Shown: one piece after another, positions 52,181 to 64,000 of the stretch
How positions within the stretch are numbered: position 1 is the first letter of the stretch
How the letters are laid out: each line of letters begins with the position of its first letter
Assembly: GCF_910592395.1 (NCBI RefSeq)
Contig: NC_088308.1
Location: 1,364,001-1,428,000, forward strand
Length of the DNA: 64,000 bases
Origin: Lineus longissimus
Taxonomy: Eukaryota
Direction: 5' to 3'
Program-made: the position numbers and the translations under genes
Notes under the pieces: model-generated
The model's database searches: none
What the model was told of the DNA's origin: nothing
The model's input: only the letters and a program-made list of their open reading frames with translations

Positions 52181-55100
52181 TTATGTATTTCTGTCTGGAC
52201 GACGCAAGGCAAAGTCAGATCCGTTGCCCATCAGCGCCATCTCCACCCCAAGCCCAATGTCCCCGTTCGTCCTCTCCTCGCCGTCTAACACATAACTCCC
52301 CACCACTATCGCCTTGTCTTCGCCAATGTCTCTTCTCCCTGCCTCCTGGTCCTTCTTCCCAAACCTTGGTGGTGGCTCCTCCGGCAGAGGTTTGTTCTTC
52401 GTCTCAGGCATGAAGACAGTCATTAGAATGGACTCGCCCACCGCCATGGTGCCGAAGATGATGTACGGTAGAGAAGGATGGAAGACTTTCTGCAATGAGA
52501 ACAGTAATCTATGAAATGCTATTGGACGTAAGGTCAGTTGTCCCGTCTTCGCGCAGCCAAGATGACGAACCCAACTGAATATCACTTTCATACTGCTACT
52601 ACGAGATTCACACGATGAGGGGGAGAGACGAGGCCGATTTCATTGCATCAGGAGTTTATTTACTTTACCGGTACCTTGTAGAAGATGTTCGTTGGCTGAT
52701 CTATCAGTGGTGTGCGACACTATAAAGTCTCCGACGACGAAGACGGAATACCGACGCTGCAAACATGCTGGTCACCCATTTTCCCGATCTCACGAGCTAT
52801 CTGACTTACCAAAAGTCCTACTTGAGGAGCTAATACGCCTGCTACACGGGCACTGGTGTTACCAGCACCAGACGCGATATTCCTGAAACGAGCAACAAGT
52901 GATGGACCTGTCTGTCACAACTTTAGTACAGTTTTTAAACAAACTGAGATTCGGGACAGAGCTGGGCTAAAGGTTGTGACAATGTCCCGAAAACGGGATA
53001 TCATGTATGGTTTTCTGTGTCGGATCACTACAAAGAATGTGAACAGAAGTCAAGAAAAACGTTGGATTTTGAGTAGATGTTAACAGTATTCGGCGGATTC
53101 TAGTGCACATTCCATTTGACTTTGGGGATGAATAACTCGTGGTACATTTATATAGACCATTTCAGTTTAATCATAGTCCTGCTCTCACCTTATCAAAGTG
53201 GGATAAATTTCCATTGTGATGATGAAGACGGAGATCCAACAGCCCACACCCACAGCATAACTGACCAATGCAAGCCAAGTCCGTACCATCTCGCGTCCCT
53301 TCATGTAGCCAGCCAGGTCCATGGCCAAGATACTGAACATGGCCACGACTGGAATCGCCATTGAGAGCGCATAGCTTGGACGCCTGCCCGTTCTGAAAAC
53401 ATTAGGATTTGAGCAAGTAGTATTGGTGGGTATTGTCTTCTATTTGTGTCGTTGCTGACTGTTTCGAGTTTGCTCTCTTTATCATTTTTGTGATGAGTAC
53501 ATATATTTTTGTAGAAGGAAATTCACCTGATTTGAGCGGGAATTGATACTGTCGCTACATGTTTTCGATGCACTTGGCCTAATCCCAATCTCTAGTCAGC
53601 TTTGTCGGGACAAGAATAAGCAGGAAAGAGAAAGAGAAAGAAGGAGAAGGAGAAGACGGGGAAGACGGGGAAGACGGGGAAGACGAGTGAGAATGAGAGA
53701 CAAACACTCACTTGCTAAAGATAAATGGGGCAGCGATGCGCACGCAGACATTGGCGGCAGCAGCGATTGCCATGTTGATGTAGATGGAACCGGTCAAGCT
53801 TGCCCACTGGGACTTTAAACCATATGACACCATAGAACATGTAAACCTGCAACGAAATTGATATGCTCAGTGGTATATGGGCCAACGAACTGGGGCTGGG
53901 TTAGGCAGCAAGAACAAGCAGATTTGTTTGAAACATGTGATCCCATTGCCCGTTGCTGACGAGTAAGTGCTTGATTCGTCTGTGTGCGTGTGCACCTGGT
54001 CCGCCCATGGGAGGGTTAAAGCATGCTATATTCAAGTCTTTTTATTCTGGAAGACTCTGATCGAATGGTATGATGGTGTATTGTGATGACGTCAGGCCAT
54101 TCAAACACCATGCTATGCGGCAATGACGTCACAGCCAAAGCAAATGTGGCATCACTCCTTATCCTATCACTTCCTCTATCTTCTACTTAATACTCACCAG
54201 CCAAGCATAAGAACCGTTGACCTCAATGCATATGTTTTGCTCGCGAAGAGGTTAGCGTACGTGTAATGGCCAGCCGCCTTTTGAGCCTCCGCATATGACT
54301 TTCCAATTCGACGGATGATCGCGGAATCTGGCGGGGGGCGGCGGTTGATCCGTGCAACAAACTTTAGCCATTTGAAGGCAACGTCGTATTTTTGCTTCTG
54401 TAAGAGCCATCGGGAGCTTTCTGGTAGAAAACTAAAAAACACAAAACAAGCTTTTATTTTTATGCTTCCCCTTCTCATTACCTGTCCTCTTCCGCTTACT
54501 CCTCTTACCACAACCAATTTCATGAACAATAAGCCCGCTTCAGCTCCCATTCTCCATCAGTTTTCCTTCTGTTAATTCCGCTGACCATGACCAATGGTAT
54601 CAACAAGGCCCCGCTCATATCCCCCTTCTCCATACGTTTCCCCCTCTGTTTACTTCTGATCGCTGACCATGACCAGTGGTATCAACAAGGCCCCGCTCAT
54701 ATCCCCCTTCTCCATACGTTTCCCCCTCTGTTTACTCCTGATCTCTGACCATGACCAGTGGTATCAACAAGGCCCCGCTCATATCCCCCTTCTCCATACG
54801 TTTCCCCCTCTGTTTACTCCTGATCGCTGACCATGACCAATGGTATCAACAAGGCCCCGCTCATATCCCCCTTCTCCATACGTTTCCCCCTCTGTTTACT
54901 CCTGATCGCTGACCATGACCAGTGGTATCAACAAGGCCCCGCTCATATCCCCCTTCTCCATACGTTTCCCCCTCTGTTTACTCCTGATCGCTGACCATGA
55001 CCAGTGGTATCAACAAGGCCCCGCTCATATCCCCCTTCTCCATACGTTTCCCCCTCTGTTTACTCCTGATCGCTGACCATGACCAGTGGTATCAACAAGG

Positions 55101-57567
55101 CCCCGCTCATATCCCCCTTCTCCACACGTTTCCCCCTCTGTTTACTCCTGATCGCTGACCATGACCAGTGGTATCAACAAGGCCCCGCTCATATCCCCCT
55201 TCTCCATACGTTTCCCCCTCTGTTTACTTCTGATCGCTGACCATGACCAGTGGTATCAACAAGGCCCCGCTCATATCCCCCTTCTCCATACGTTTCCCCC
55301 TCTGTTTACTCCTGATCGCTGACCATGACCAGTGGTATCAACAAGGCCCCGCTCATATCCCCCTTCTCCATACGTTTCCCCCTCTGTTTACTCCTGATCG
55401 CTGACCATGACCAGTGGTATCAACAAGGCCCCGCTCATATCCCCCTTCTCCATACGTTTCCCCCTCTGTTTACTTCTGATCGCTGACCATGACCAGTGGT
55501 ATCAACAAGGCCCCGCTCATATCCCCCTTCTCCATACGTTTCCCCCTCTGTTTACTCCTGATCTCTGACCATGACCAGTGGTATCAACAAGGCCCCGCTC
55601 ATATCCCCCTTCTCCATACGTTTCCCCCTCTGTTTACTCCTGATCTCTGACCACGACTAATGGTATCAACAAGGCCCCGCTCATATCCCCCTTCTCCATA
55701 CGTTTCCCCCTCTGTTTACTCCTGATCTCTGACCATGACCAGTGGTATCAACAAGGCCCCGCTCATATCCCCCTTCTCCATACGTTTCCCCCTCTGTTTA
55801 CTCCTGATCTCTGACCACGACTAATGGTATCAACAAGGCCCCGCTCATATCCCCCTTCTCCATACGTTTCCCCCTCTGTTTACTCCTGATCTCTGACCAC
55901 GACTAATGGTATTAATAAGGCTCCGCATTTGGTCCCCCTTCTCCATGCTTGTTCCCTCCTGTTTTTTTTATCTGATGGAGACTGTAATATAACAGCTTCC
56001 GCAGCTGTGTGTCGAGGGGTTTGTGCTTTTAATTACAATACAGTATACTGATAAAGTGGCCGTGGACCATCCCGGGGACCATCAGGCATTGGACATAGTA
56101 GGCCTATTGTTCATTTACTTACACGAATGAAAGAAGTAGAAAAGGCGCGAACGGGAGGCTCGATCCTAATGCCAAGTGCTGCCATGGACGGAGAAAGTAA
56201 GCAACTAGAGGCAAGAGGAAGTGAGAAATTCCCCAACCAAGCCTCATGGCCACAAATATGCGCCATTTCATACCAACGTACTCCATCGGGAGAATAGTGG
56301 CGACAGTCGCGCAACATCCTGAAATAAGATGAGACGAAAGGTCATGATCCCATAGTGTTGCAAAGAATCGGAGGTGACGCAGTTCCACTATCCTCCATAT
56401 CGACCCCCCTCCCCTCTGCTGAATATATATAAAAGAAACGACTCTACTCGTTAGAAATGAAGACAGGATCCATATGAACGTAGGCTACGCACTCTTGTTT
56501 TGATTTGGGACGTATAACGTTAAAATGCCCAAATTAGGGCATTCCACTGACCGGCAAATAAACCAACTATGAAACGTAAGGCTGCATATACTGGCCACAG
56601 AGTGACTGCTGCCAGGCAGGCCTGGGCAGCTATTAGTCCCGTCCATGCCGCCAACAAGATAGGTCTTCTTCCCAACATGTCCGAGAGCTGACCCCCAATA
56701 ATGGCGCCGACGAGCAGCCCGGCGAAGTAGATGCTGGCAGTGAGCTTCACCAGATAGTATTTATCACATGTCAGGTTCCACTGGAAATAGATGACAAAAA
56801 TTGAGATCCATGTATAGGCAATGTATCTTTGGGTCAATTTTAAAGGGTTATCGATTGTCTCTCAAGAAATCAAGGTCAACTCAGTTAAAAAGTCCCACTT
56901 AACGGTACATGTGCTTCAAAATTAAGATTATCACTTATGATTTGAAGGACCATTCCATGTCCGTGCACGCATGGCCGGTGAGTACATGTTGCTTTTGTTT
57001 CGAAAGAGAAGGAATCTCTTAGCTACTTGAAGTAAGAATGACTACCGGAGGTATGATTTGGAAACATAGCAATGGCTGCCAAGCTACAAATATCACACCA
57101 GATGTCGCACATTTAAAGCTTTTCTTGCCCCAAAAGGGTTCGACGGATGCAGAAGGGAAGTAAGCGGGTGGCCGGTGTCTTTCTTTGAACTGCTGACAAA
57201 ATATTACCTCTGTCACAATGCTTGTGTAATCATCCAAATATGTCACGTTGGTACATGCCTTCCCAGCAGACGGGCACTTTCCTAAATCAGGAACCGTCTC
57301 ATTATAACATGCCGCAGTTGAGTTAGTGCAGCTCAGCACCGATGGCGCCCCGTAGGAGCTGGAATTCAATGCGTCGCTTAGCGTCAGGCAGCTGTAGTGA
57401 GGTCCGCTCTCCAGGACGAAGTAGTTGACAGTCATTCCAACCGTACATTCGATGGCGATACTGAGTAGGATTATCATAACCTGGGCAGCACCCATGCTGT
57501 CAATAGATTCCAGAACTCCCTCGAAAGTTTCACCCTCATTTGCCTCTTCAGTCGTTTCGCCATCCAT
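52181..57567 (-). CDS. SLC22 / organic cation transporter-like MFS protein, 8 exons
   Basis: Motifs: SIVTE/WNLTCDK, GQLSDMLGRRP, LRFIVG, MEYVG, FLPESSRWL, TGRR, MEIYPTLIRN, ARVAGVLAPQ and MPETKNKPLPE. Exons join in frame. Confidence 0.93.
54580..55960. repeat. 82-bp intronic minisatellite, ~17 copies
   Basis: GCTGACCATGACCAGTGGTATCAACAAGGCCCCGCTCATATCCCCCTTCTCCATACGTTTCCCCCTCTGTTTACTCCTGATC with period 82 (54580, 54662, ...). Both edges are degenerate. Confidence 0.98.
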
Positions 57568-59264
57568 AATAAAACTTTTAAAATTGGAAGTCCAGAAAAA
57601 AAACAAGTCAATGCGAATAGCTTAAAAAACGACACGAACTACTGCAAAGTCTAATTACCTAAACTAATGTTTCAATTTACGTCCATATAGTTTATCTAAC
57701 TCTTATCTGGCCTGTCCTAGCCCCAACCCTTCACCAGTGTCAAACTGTCGGTCGGCAATCTTCGAGTGCCTGAACTGGGTCTCGGACATGGTCGGTAGGC
57801 CTATCATGTTTTGATCATGCTCGTGTGAAGAGATCGGTCAAACTGGGACACCATTGCGCTAGTTCCGGCAGATTCGCACTGCTCGTACCCATTTGAATCG
57901 TTCACCTGATAACTTTAATTTTTGATAAATTTTATTTTGAAAACTGAAGGAAAAAATATGAGGCAAACCATTGCGATACAGCATGAGGTTATTGGTCTAT
58001 TGACGTCAAGTCCATTTGGGGTCAAGATGTTGATCGATTTCCTCTAAAAGGCCTGTATCGACTGAGAAAGACAGGGCGAAGCGAATCATCATGATTGTAG
58101 GACCGGCCTGGGCCCAAAGTGGATATAAAGGTTGGTCTCGGCGCGGGGCCCCAGCCAATGGATGAGCCGGCATTCCCGGCAGATCAAATCATATCCCCCA
58201 AAACTGAACATAACAGGAATGACTAACGCGGACGCCCTGGATTATCAATCGTTTTCAAATCTCAGCTTTTAATGCTGGGGTTATAACATTTCGATAGATA
58301 CATAATTAATCAGATGATTTACCGTAAATTTTTCATTTTACTACAAAATGTCCCATACATGATTTGAAAACCATGAACCACTGAAGATGACTGTACCACG
58401 AAACATAAAGTGATGATAAAAATCACTGTAACCTTTCTGAAGACAACTTTAGCGAAAAAGCTATTCACTTTCAATGAAATGTAAAGGCACTGCAAGTACA
58501 GCGAAGCTGTGACAACGATAGCTATATGAGAGCAGTTAAACCGATATTTCAATGTACCGTTATGCGTTAAACTTAAACGACTAAGTCTACTTCCAAATTA
58601 AAAGTAGAGAATATTCTTTTGTACGTCTTGTATTACCAAAATATAGATATGAGGAAAAATGTGCGTAAGATCGCTGTGCATAAAGTTTTGTATCATATAC
58701 ATTCAAACCCTTTCTATGAGGCCAATGATCAGGCCTATCGGCGTGGTCAGTGACCTCTCACATGGATTTCAGGCTATTTACAGTTGACATCACTCTTTGT
58801 AGACCTAAATATGCCCACGCAACTACCGGCATTGTAGTGCGTCGGTTGCCCTCTTTCGATCTGAAAGGAGACTCGAGCTCGACGCATCACCGGCAATAAA
58901 TAACGTCCAGCGCTTCGTCATTTTATCATATCACCGTTTCCCCTACAGTCTTGCAGTGAAAGTGGAATGAGTGTTGTTGTGTTGTGTTGCGAATTTAAGA
59001 AAACAAAACGTTTTCATTACAAAGAAGCTTGTGTTCGTTATATACATTTTGCAGCAGTAAGAATATCAGCCCTCGTCCAGTCCAGTGAGATTAGAGGACA
59101 TTGTGGCCTCTGGTAGCATATAATTGTCTGGCCAAAGGTTGAGAGGTGGTAGTAGTTGATAACGTCCATGTGCGACGACTGACCACTACACCAATTAAGA
59201 CTTGCCCTGATGCTATGTGTCAAAGATAAGTTTTTTTCCTCTTAAGCAGTCAAGAGTACATGTA

Positions 59265-59378
59265 AGACTTGTAAGGAAAGGAGACATGTCTAGAGTCTCA
59301 CGCCGACAGTGGGGATCGAACCAGGGACCTTTTGACTCGACCGCTATACCCAGAGACCCGAGCCACTACACCACCGCG
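59265..59378 (-). mobile_element. tRNA-derived SINE head, same family as 12784-12920
   Basis: Minus strand GGTGTAGTGGCTCGG...GTCAAAAGGTCCCTGGTTCGATCCCCACTGTCGGCGTGAGACTC aligns to TAGTGGCTCAG...GTCAAGAGGTCCCTGGTTCGAATCCTACAGTCGGTGAGAGACTC. Confidence 0.75.
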
Positions 59379-59692
59379 TCAAACAGATTCCGTACAACCT
59401 TCCTTCACCGTCTGTTTTGCGGCGTTTATCCTCCGAGTCAAATTGATTCAATGACCACAGAGGGTAGTTCTCTCTCACGACAAACAACACGTGATACGGT
59501 CCGAGATTGGGAGATTTGACTCGAACCAACCTCAGTTAGACTAGAGGCGAATTCTCCAAGCTGTTGCCATAGGTCAAGACTAGTGGCGTCGCTAAGAGTC
59601 CTTGCACCGTTTATACCACGCCTGCGCCGCTATGAGTTGAAGTTAGTCCATAAGAAAATCGACTTAAACACTGGCGGAAGAAGACACAAATA

Positions 59693-60884
59693 TCACGCCG
59701 TGTACGCCGAACAAATCTGATGGTATTTCGGCGGGTAGTTCATCATGACCATGCTCATTTTGCGGGAGAGTAATATCCAGAGTACACCGTCCAGTGTCAC
59801 AAACACCATCGCCACCCAGCCGAGGTAGATCGACCAGCCATGCCTGACAGTCCGCATTTGAATTTCATCCGGGAACGTGTCACTCGTCTTATAGTGGTTA
59901 ACCATGTTTGCTATCTTCAGATGCATCAACATGATCACGAACAACATGTATAACGCTGGAAAAAACAAGGAAGTGACAGTACAGTGACAGTAAAGGATAT
60001 AACCAGTATCCAGGGGGAGGCTTTCTTAGGGATGCAATGGTGTTGTGATGATAAAGATGACGCGAATGATCTGAAAACTGCATCCCAGAGAAGACCGCCG
60101 ATTACCTAATGTCGCATTAATTACTAGTAGCACTGCTATGGAAATATGGGAATAACGTGAACTGAAATCTTAGTCTGGCGACCACGCCAATAGGTAAAAA
60201 GGAATAACACCTTCATTACTTACGTACCTGCAGCCAAGCAGCAGACGCCAGTAATCATGGCGCTAACGACTTGTTGCCGAAGAACGGAGAATATTCCAAG
60301 GGATGCTGCTATCAGGAACGAGATGGTCACCACCATGGCACACACTTCTGAAGAACGAATCAGTTCCCAGTCTGGAAAATAGGGGAGACAGAGAATTCAA
60401 CAGATCAGAAAGTTCAATTGCATAAAGCATATATTTTTTGTAACGCTGCCAGACACATTTTGAAAATACTTCCGTCGACTTTTCGAAGTACATGTAATTC
60501 GTTGAAGTGTGAAGTAAAGGTGTCGGAAAAAATTAACTTTTTGAAAGTTGCCCAAATATACATTATACTGCAAAGATTGTACGCCGTGGCGGCTCTAAAA
60601 GCAAGGAGCAGCATATTATTCGTTATATTGATCAAAGAAATTAATAGTTTTATTTGTTATAGCATTTGAGATTGCATTGTTGTTGACTTGATTAAATAAC
60701 GGAAACATCTCTGCTGTGCATGTGCTTTGCTAACATGTGCAGGTACCTACCCATCTCAAAGGGCTTTGCCTTATCCGCTGTGATTGACATGTAATCCAGG
60801 CATTGGGTCGTTTGCTTCAGACCAGATAGCGTGGGTCGAATGTAATCTGAAAAATACAATTCAGTATTGGAATTTTCCGAGCAT
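59693..60884 (-). CDS. 3' exons of a claudin/PMP22/EMP-superfamily tetraspan membrane protein (5' exon not identified)
   Basis: Exons 60751-60884 (or 60846), 60228-60371 and 59693-59955 join in frame: QCLDY...WELIRSSEVCAMVVTISFLIAASLGIFSVLRQQVVSAMITGVCCLAAALYMLFVIMLMH...HGWSIYLGWVAM. This gives three TM helices with the YGWS.YLGW-like motif of this family. Confidence 0.8.
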
Positions 60885-63800
60885 CTGAAGGAAAACATTG
60901 CAAGTAGTCATTGGCTTCTTGGGGAGAGGCGCCATAATAACCGTTGTTGTCCGACGAAAGGGGCCGAGCACGCGTCATGCCCCCTCCGCCTGAATCCACC
61001 ACTGAAATAAGTTTAACATACATATTGAGAACAGCTTGGTGTAGCAGTGGCGCTATACGATCGTCCAAAGTTACTTTAGGTCTCTTCCTGTAACTATATG
61101 CGTATTTGCATAACGGACTGCGCTTGATTATTGTATAAAGTCTCGTTTCCCGGCAGGAAAATGAACCATGTTCTTCCCTCAAATTGACTAACGTTCCTCG
61201 GCAGACATGGTAGATGCTCCATTTGGCGCTAAACATCTCCAGATTGCACTCCGGGGAAATTACTTCAGTGCTATCAATATTTGATACTTTAGCACTCGAC
61301 ACGTCCCCCACACTCTTCACGATCACGTTATCCGTTCCCTGTTGAGACATCTTGCTAATTTCCACAAACCATCTAGACAATACCACACAAAGGATGAAAT
61401 TTGTCTGTATTGAAGTGGTAGCATTATCCTGGTTTTGAGATAGTCAGAACACTTCAAAATGCGGGAGATTGCCTCTTAGTGAGAGAATATTCGTGTTAGG
61501 ACTACGTTCAATAAAGTTTTGTGAGAATTCGACAGATGTGAGACCCTAAAGCTGTCTAACATAATTTCGACAATTTCTTCAACTCAAATTTCGTTTATTT
61601 TAGACAGTATTAAAATATCAGATGAGAATAATCAATTTTGATAAATTTCCAAGCGAATGTTATATTTCGCAAGTAGGTTTAACATCCTCACTGCCATCCT
61701 TCAGTTAAGATTGTAAACAAAGAAGGTAAATTTTCTCGTGTAGCACTAAAACGTCTTTTTTATTCAACTTACACTCCCAGAGTGTGGTAATGGCAACGGA
61801 TATCCTGTGACCTTGCCTTAGGAGAGGCTTAAATTATTCAGGTCTTCATTACCGCTGGAATCACAAAGATGACCATGTTTTGATGGCTGGCATTGATCCA
61901 CTCTCCAAGAGGAGGGGTAACAGGAAAGATACAGCCAAACCAAACGAGATTCTGTCTGTACCTAATCGAGATGATGGATAAGGCACTTGTAACGATATAT
62001 ATGTTCATTTGACAGAGGACTGGTTCACCATTTTAATCCGCGCAACTGACGGATTACGACGGTACGTCACCACGTACTGGTGGCCATGGTACTAGTCTAA
62101 TCTGAACCTGGATGGGTTTGCTCTAATCCGTCTAACCCGCATTGCCAGCAATAATGAAATCATCCCGAAATACCAGTACCATCGCTTCACACGGTCGACC
62201 TTGAAAAGAAGGTCGTGGTCAGGATAAATTGTAGGCTATGACCATGCAGTATCGTTTATCGCACAAATGTGTGACCTTGACATTGATGTACTATAGTACG
62301 TTACCATGTCCAAAGTATCTGAAAAGCATATCATCAAGAATTCATTAATACGAAACTTTATCAAGTCTTCATTTTACCATGATATTTGTTTGGATGCAGT
62401 GGGACTACCTGTAGATGTGGTTAATGGATTTATCCACTAAAAGACCTCTTCTGCCTAAAATGGATATCCCCATATTTTCAAGTATCATCATTTTTATAAA
62501 CATGATGTACGTTAAAGCCTGAAATGAAACGAAATGTATTAACGAAACACTCTTCGGGTCTCGCGAAAATCGATAGGAGCGGGGAGGCAAACCAGCTGGT
62601 CCCGGTACACATTTGCCAGCAAATAGCTTTTGGAACATCATTTTCTCATTTAGGTGCGTTGTTTTTAGTTGAGGTCGGTGCATGCAACGGACGTACATAC
62701 TTCAATACAACTATACAGGTTCCCGGGTCAAGGGTTTTACATTCCTTTACATCATGGCATAAAAATAATGTGTTCCCCTTATATCCTATAAGAAGAGGGA
62801 TACGTCCTTACTTATTCCTGTTTATGTCTCAATAATGAAGCGTTTGCCTCCGATGAGAGAATTGTGACCATGATGGAGTGGTTAATTCTCTGTGAATAAT
62901 TGAACGCGGTGGAACCGGTTTTTACGAAAGCACGAGAGAACGTAAACAATTTAATTTCCGATTCCTAATTGTTCCTCGTGGGCAAAATTGTCAAGCTGCA
63001 TGGATTCCACCTCTCCATCGACTACCAAGCACTGAACTGGTAAATGAAAAAAACAGTAAAGACAGTCGGTCAATGTTTATTCCTTACTTTCAGACGACTG
63101 TCAATAGTGATTCATAATGAGTAAGATGATTGGACATCTTATGGATCGATCGTCGGGTGTGTACCACATCGTTTCTATTCGGTGATGTGGATAGACCTGA
63201 AGATGCTTTTGAAAAATACATTTAGACTCAGTCTTTCTGTACAAAACTGAAATAAAAGCATTTACTAGACTTTCTATCACCCATTGGCTTGACTGGGCAA
63301 TGGCGGGCCAGGGCAATGCAATCTACATGATGATGGCTTCGAAATCGAATGCAAATTGAAAGCAGTTGATCGGACCATGACTCACCTAACACCAGCACTG
63401 ATTCAGATGATACTGGTCCAAACACATACAGTATATATGACTTTCTGAATCTTTGCTGGTGTTAGCAATGTCATGGTCAACTGCTTTTAATTGCATTATA
63501 TTCCGAATGTACCAAGTAGATATCATTGCCCTCACACTCGTCCCACCGGCAATCTGTACAAAGCTATATGACCATTAGCATCCTGTCTAGAAGTCAGTTT
63601 TTTATTTCTGTTCATTTCTGTTCTTTTTCGTCAGCATTACAGCAGCCGGCCAGCGGTTCAGAAAGCCATAACGTCTGTCACATAATTATATACTGCCACG
63701 AGTACAAAAATATGCCATTTATTTAATGTCTTATTGGCACATACTTCGTAGTTTTACATTTTTTACATCCGAACACAAAATTGCGAGTAACAAAACGTAT

Positions 63801-64000
63801 ACGTACATCTCATCTATTCCAGCTAAAAGAGTTTAATATATATAACATTTCGCGTTACCAACATTGCTTATAATTGAAAGCATTATCCGTTCTCATTCGT
63901 AGCAATGCTTAGCAACGATATAAAAATGAGTTCGTAATCATTTTAAGAGCAATGAAGTGTATTTGCGGGTGGCTCAACAACAAAACGCCATTAATTTGAT

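Noticed and set aside
60817..63425. ORFs or exon-like segments upstream of the claudin-like exons as its 5' end
   Set aside because: None shows the expected TM1 plus W-GLW-C motif or joins convincingly in frame. The first exon is probably outside the window or unrecognised.

Overview
Intron-rich eukaryotic genomic DNA from an invertebrate animal, probably a marine lophotrochozoan (an inference from gene content and repeat types). There are no prokaryotic features. The left part (1-17 kb) is repeat-rich and accessory-like. It holds an isolated iGluR/IR-like exon, an intronless class A GPCR, and a ~5.5 kb array of a ~1.19 kb unit (about 2.9 direct plus 1.7 inverted copies) in which each unit carries a tRNA-like Pol III module. 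It also contains minisatellites, SINE/MITE pieces and a dead iduronate-2-sulfatase-like exon. The right part is gene-dense: a divergent non-alpha nAChR-like Cys-loop subunit (+), a ~28-exon ABCC1/MRP-type transporter (+), TBL3/UTP13 (-), VTI1A (-) head-to-head with RPL34 (+), an SLC22-type transporter (-), and the 3' exons of a claudin/PMP22-like tetraspan gene (-). Exon boundaries were read by eye from GT-AG sites and frame continuity. I cannot show a definitively new system from sequence alone. The best leads are the tRNA-like foldback array, the Cys-loop receptor lacking the ACh aromatic box, candidate ATG-ending alternative first exons in the ABCC gene, and a G-U-rich long hairpin in an RPL34 intron.
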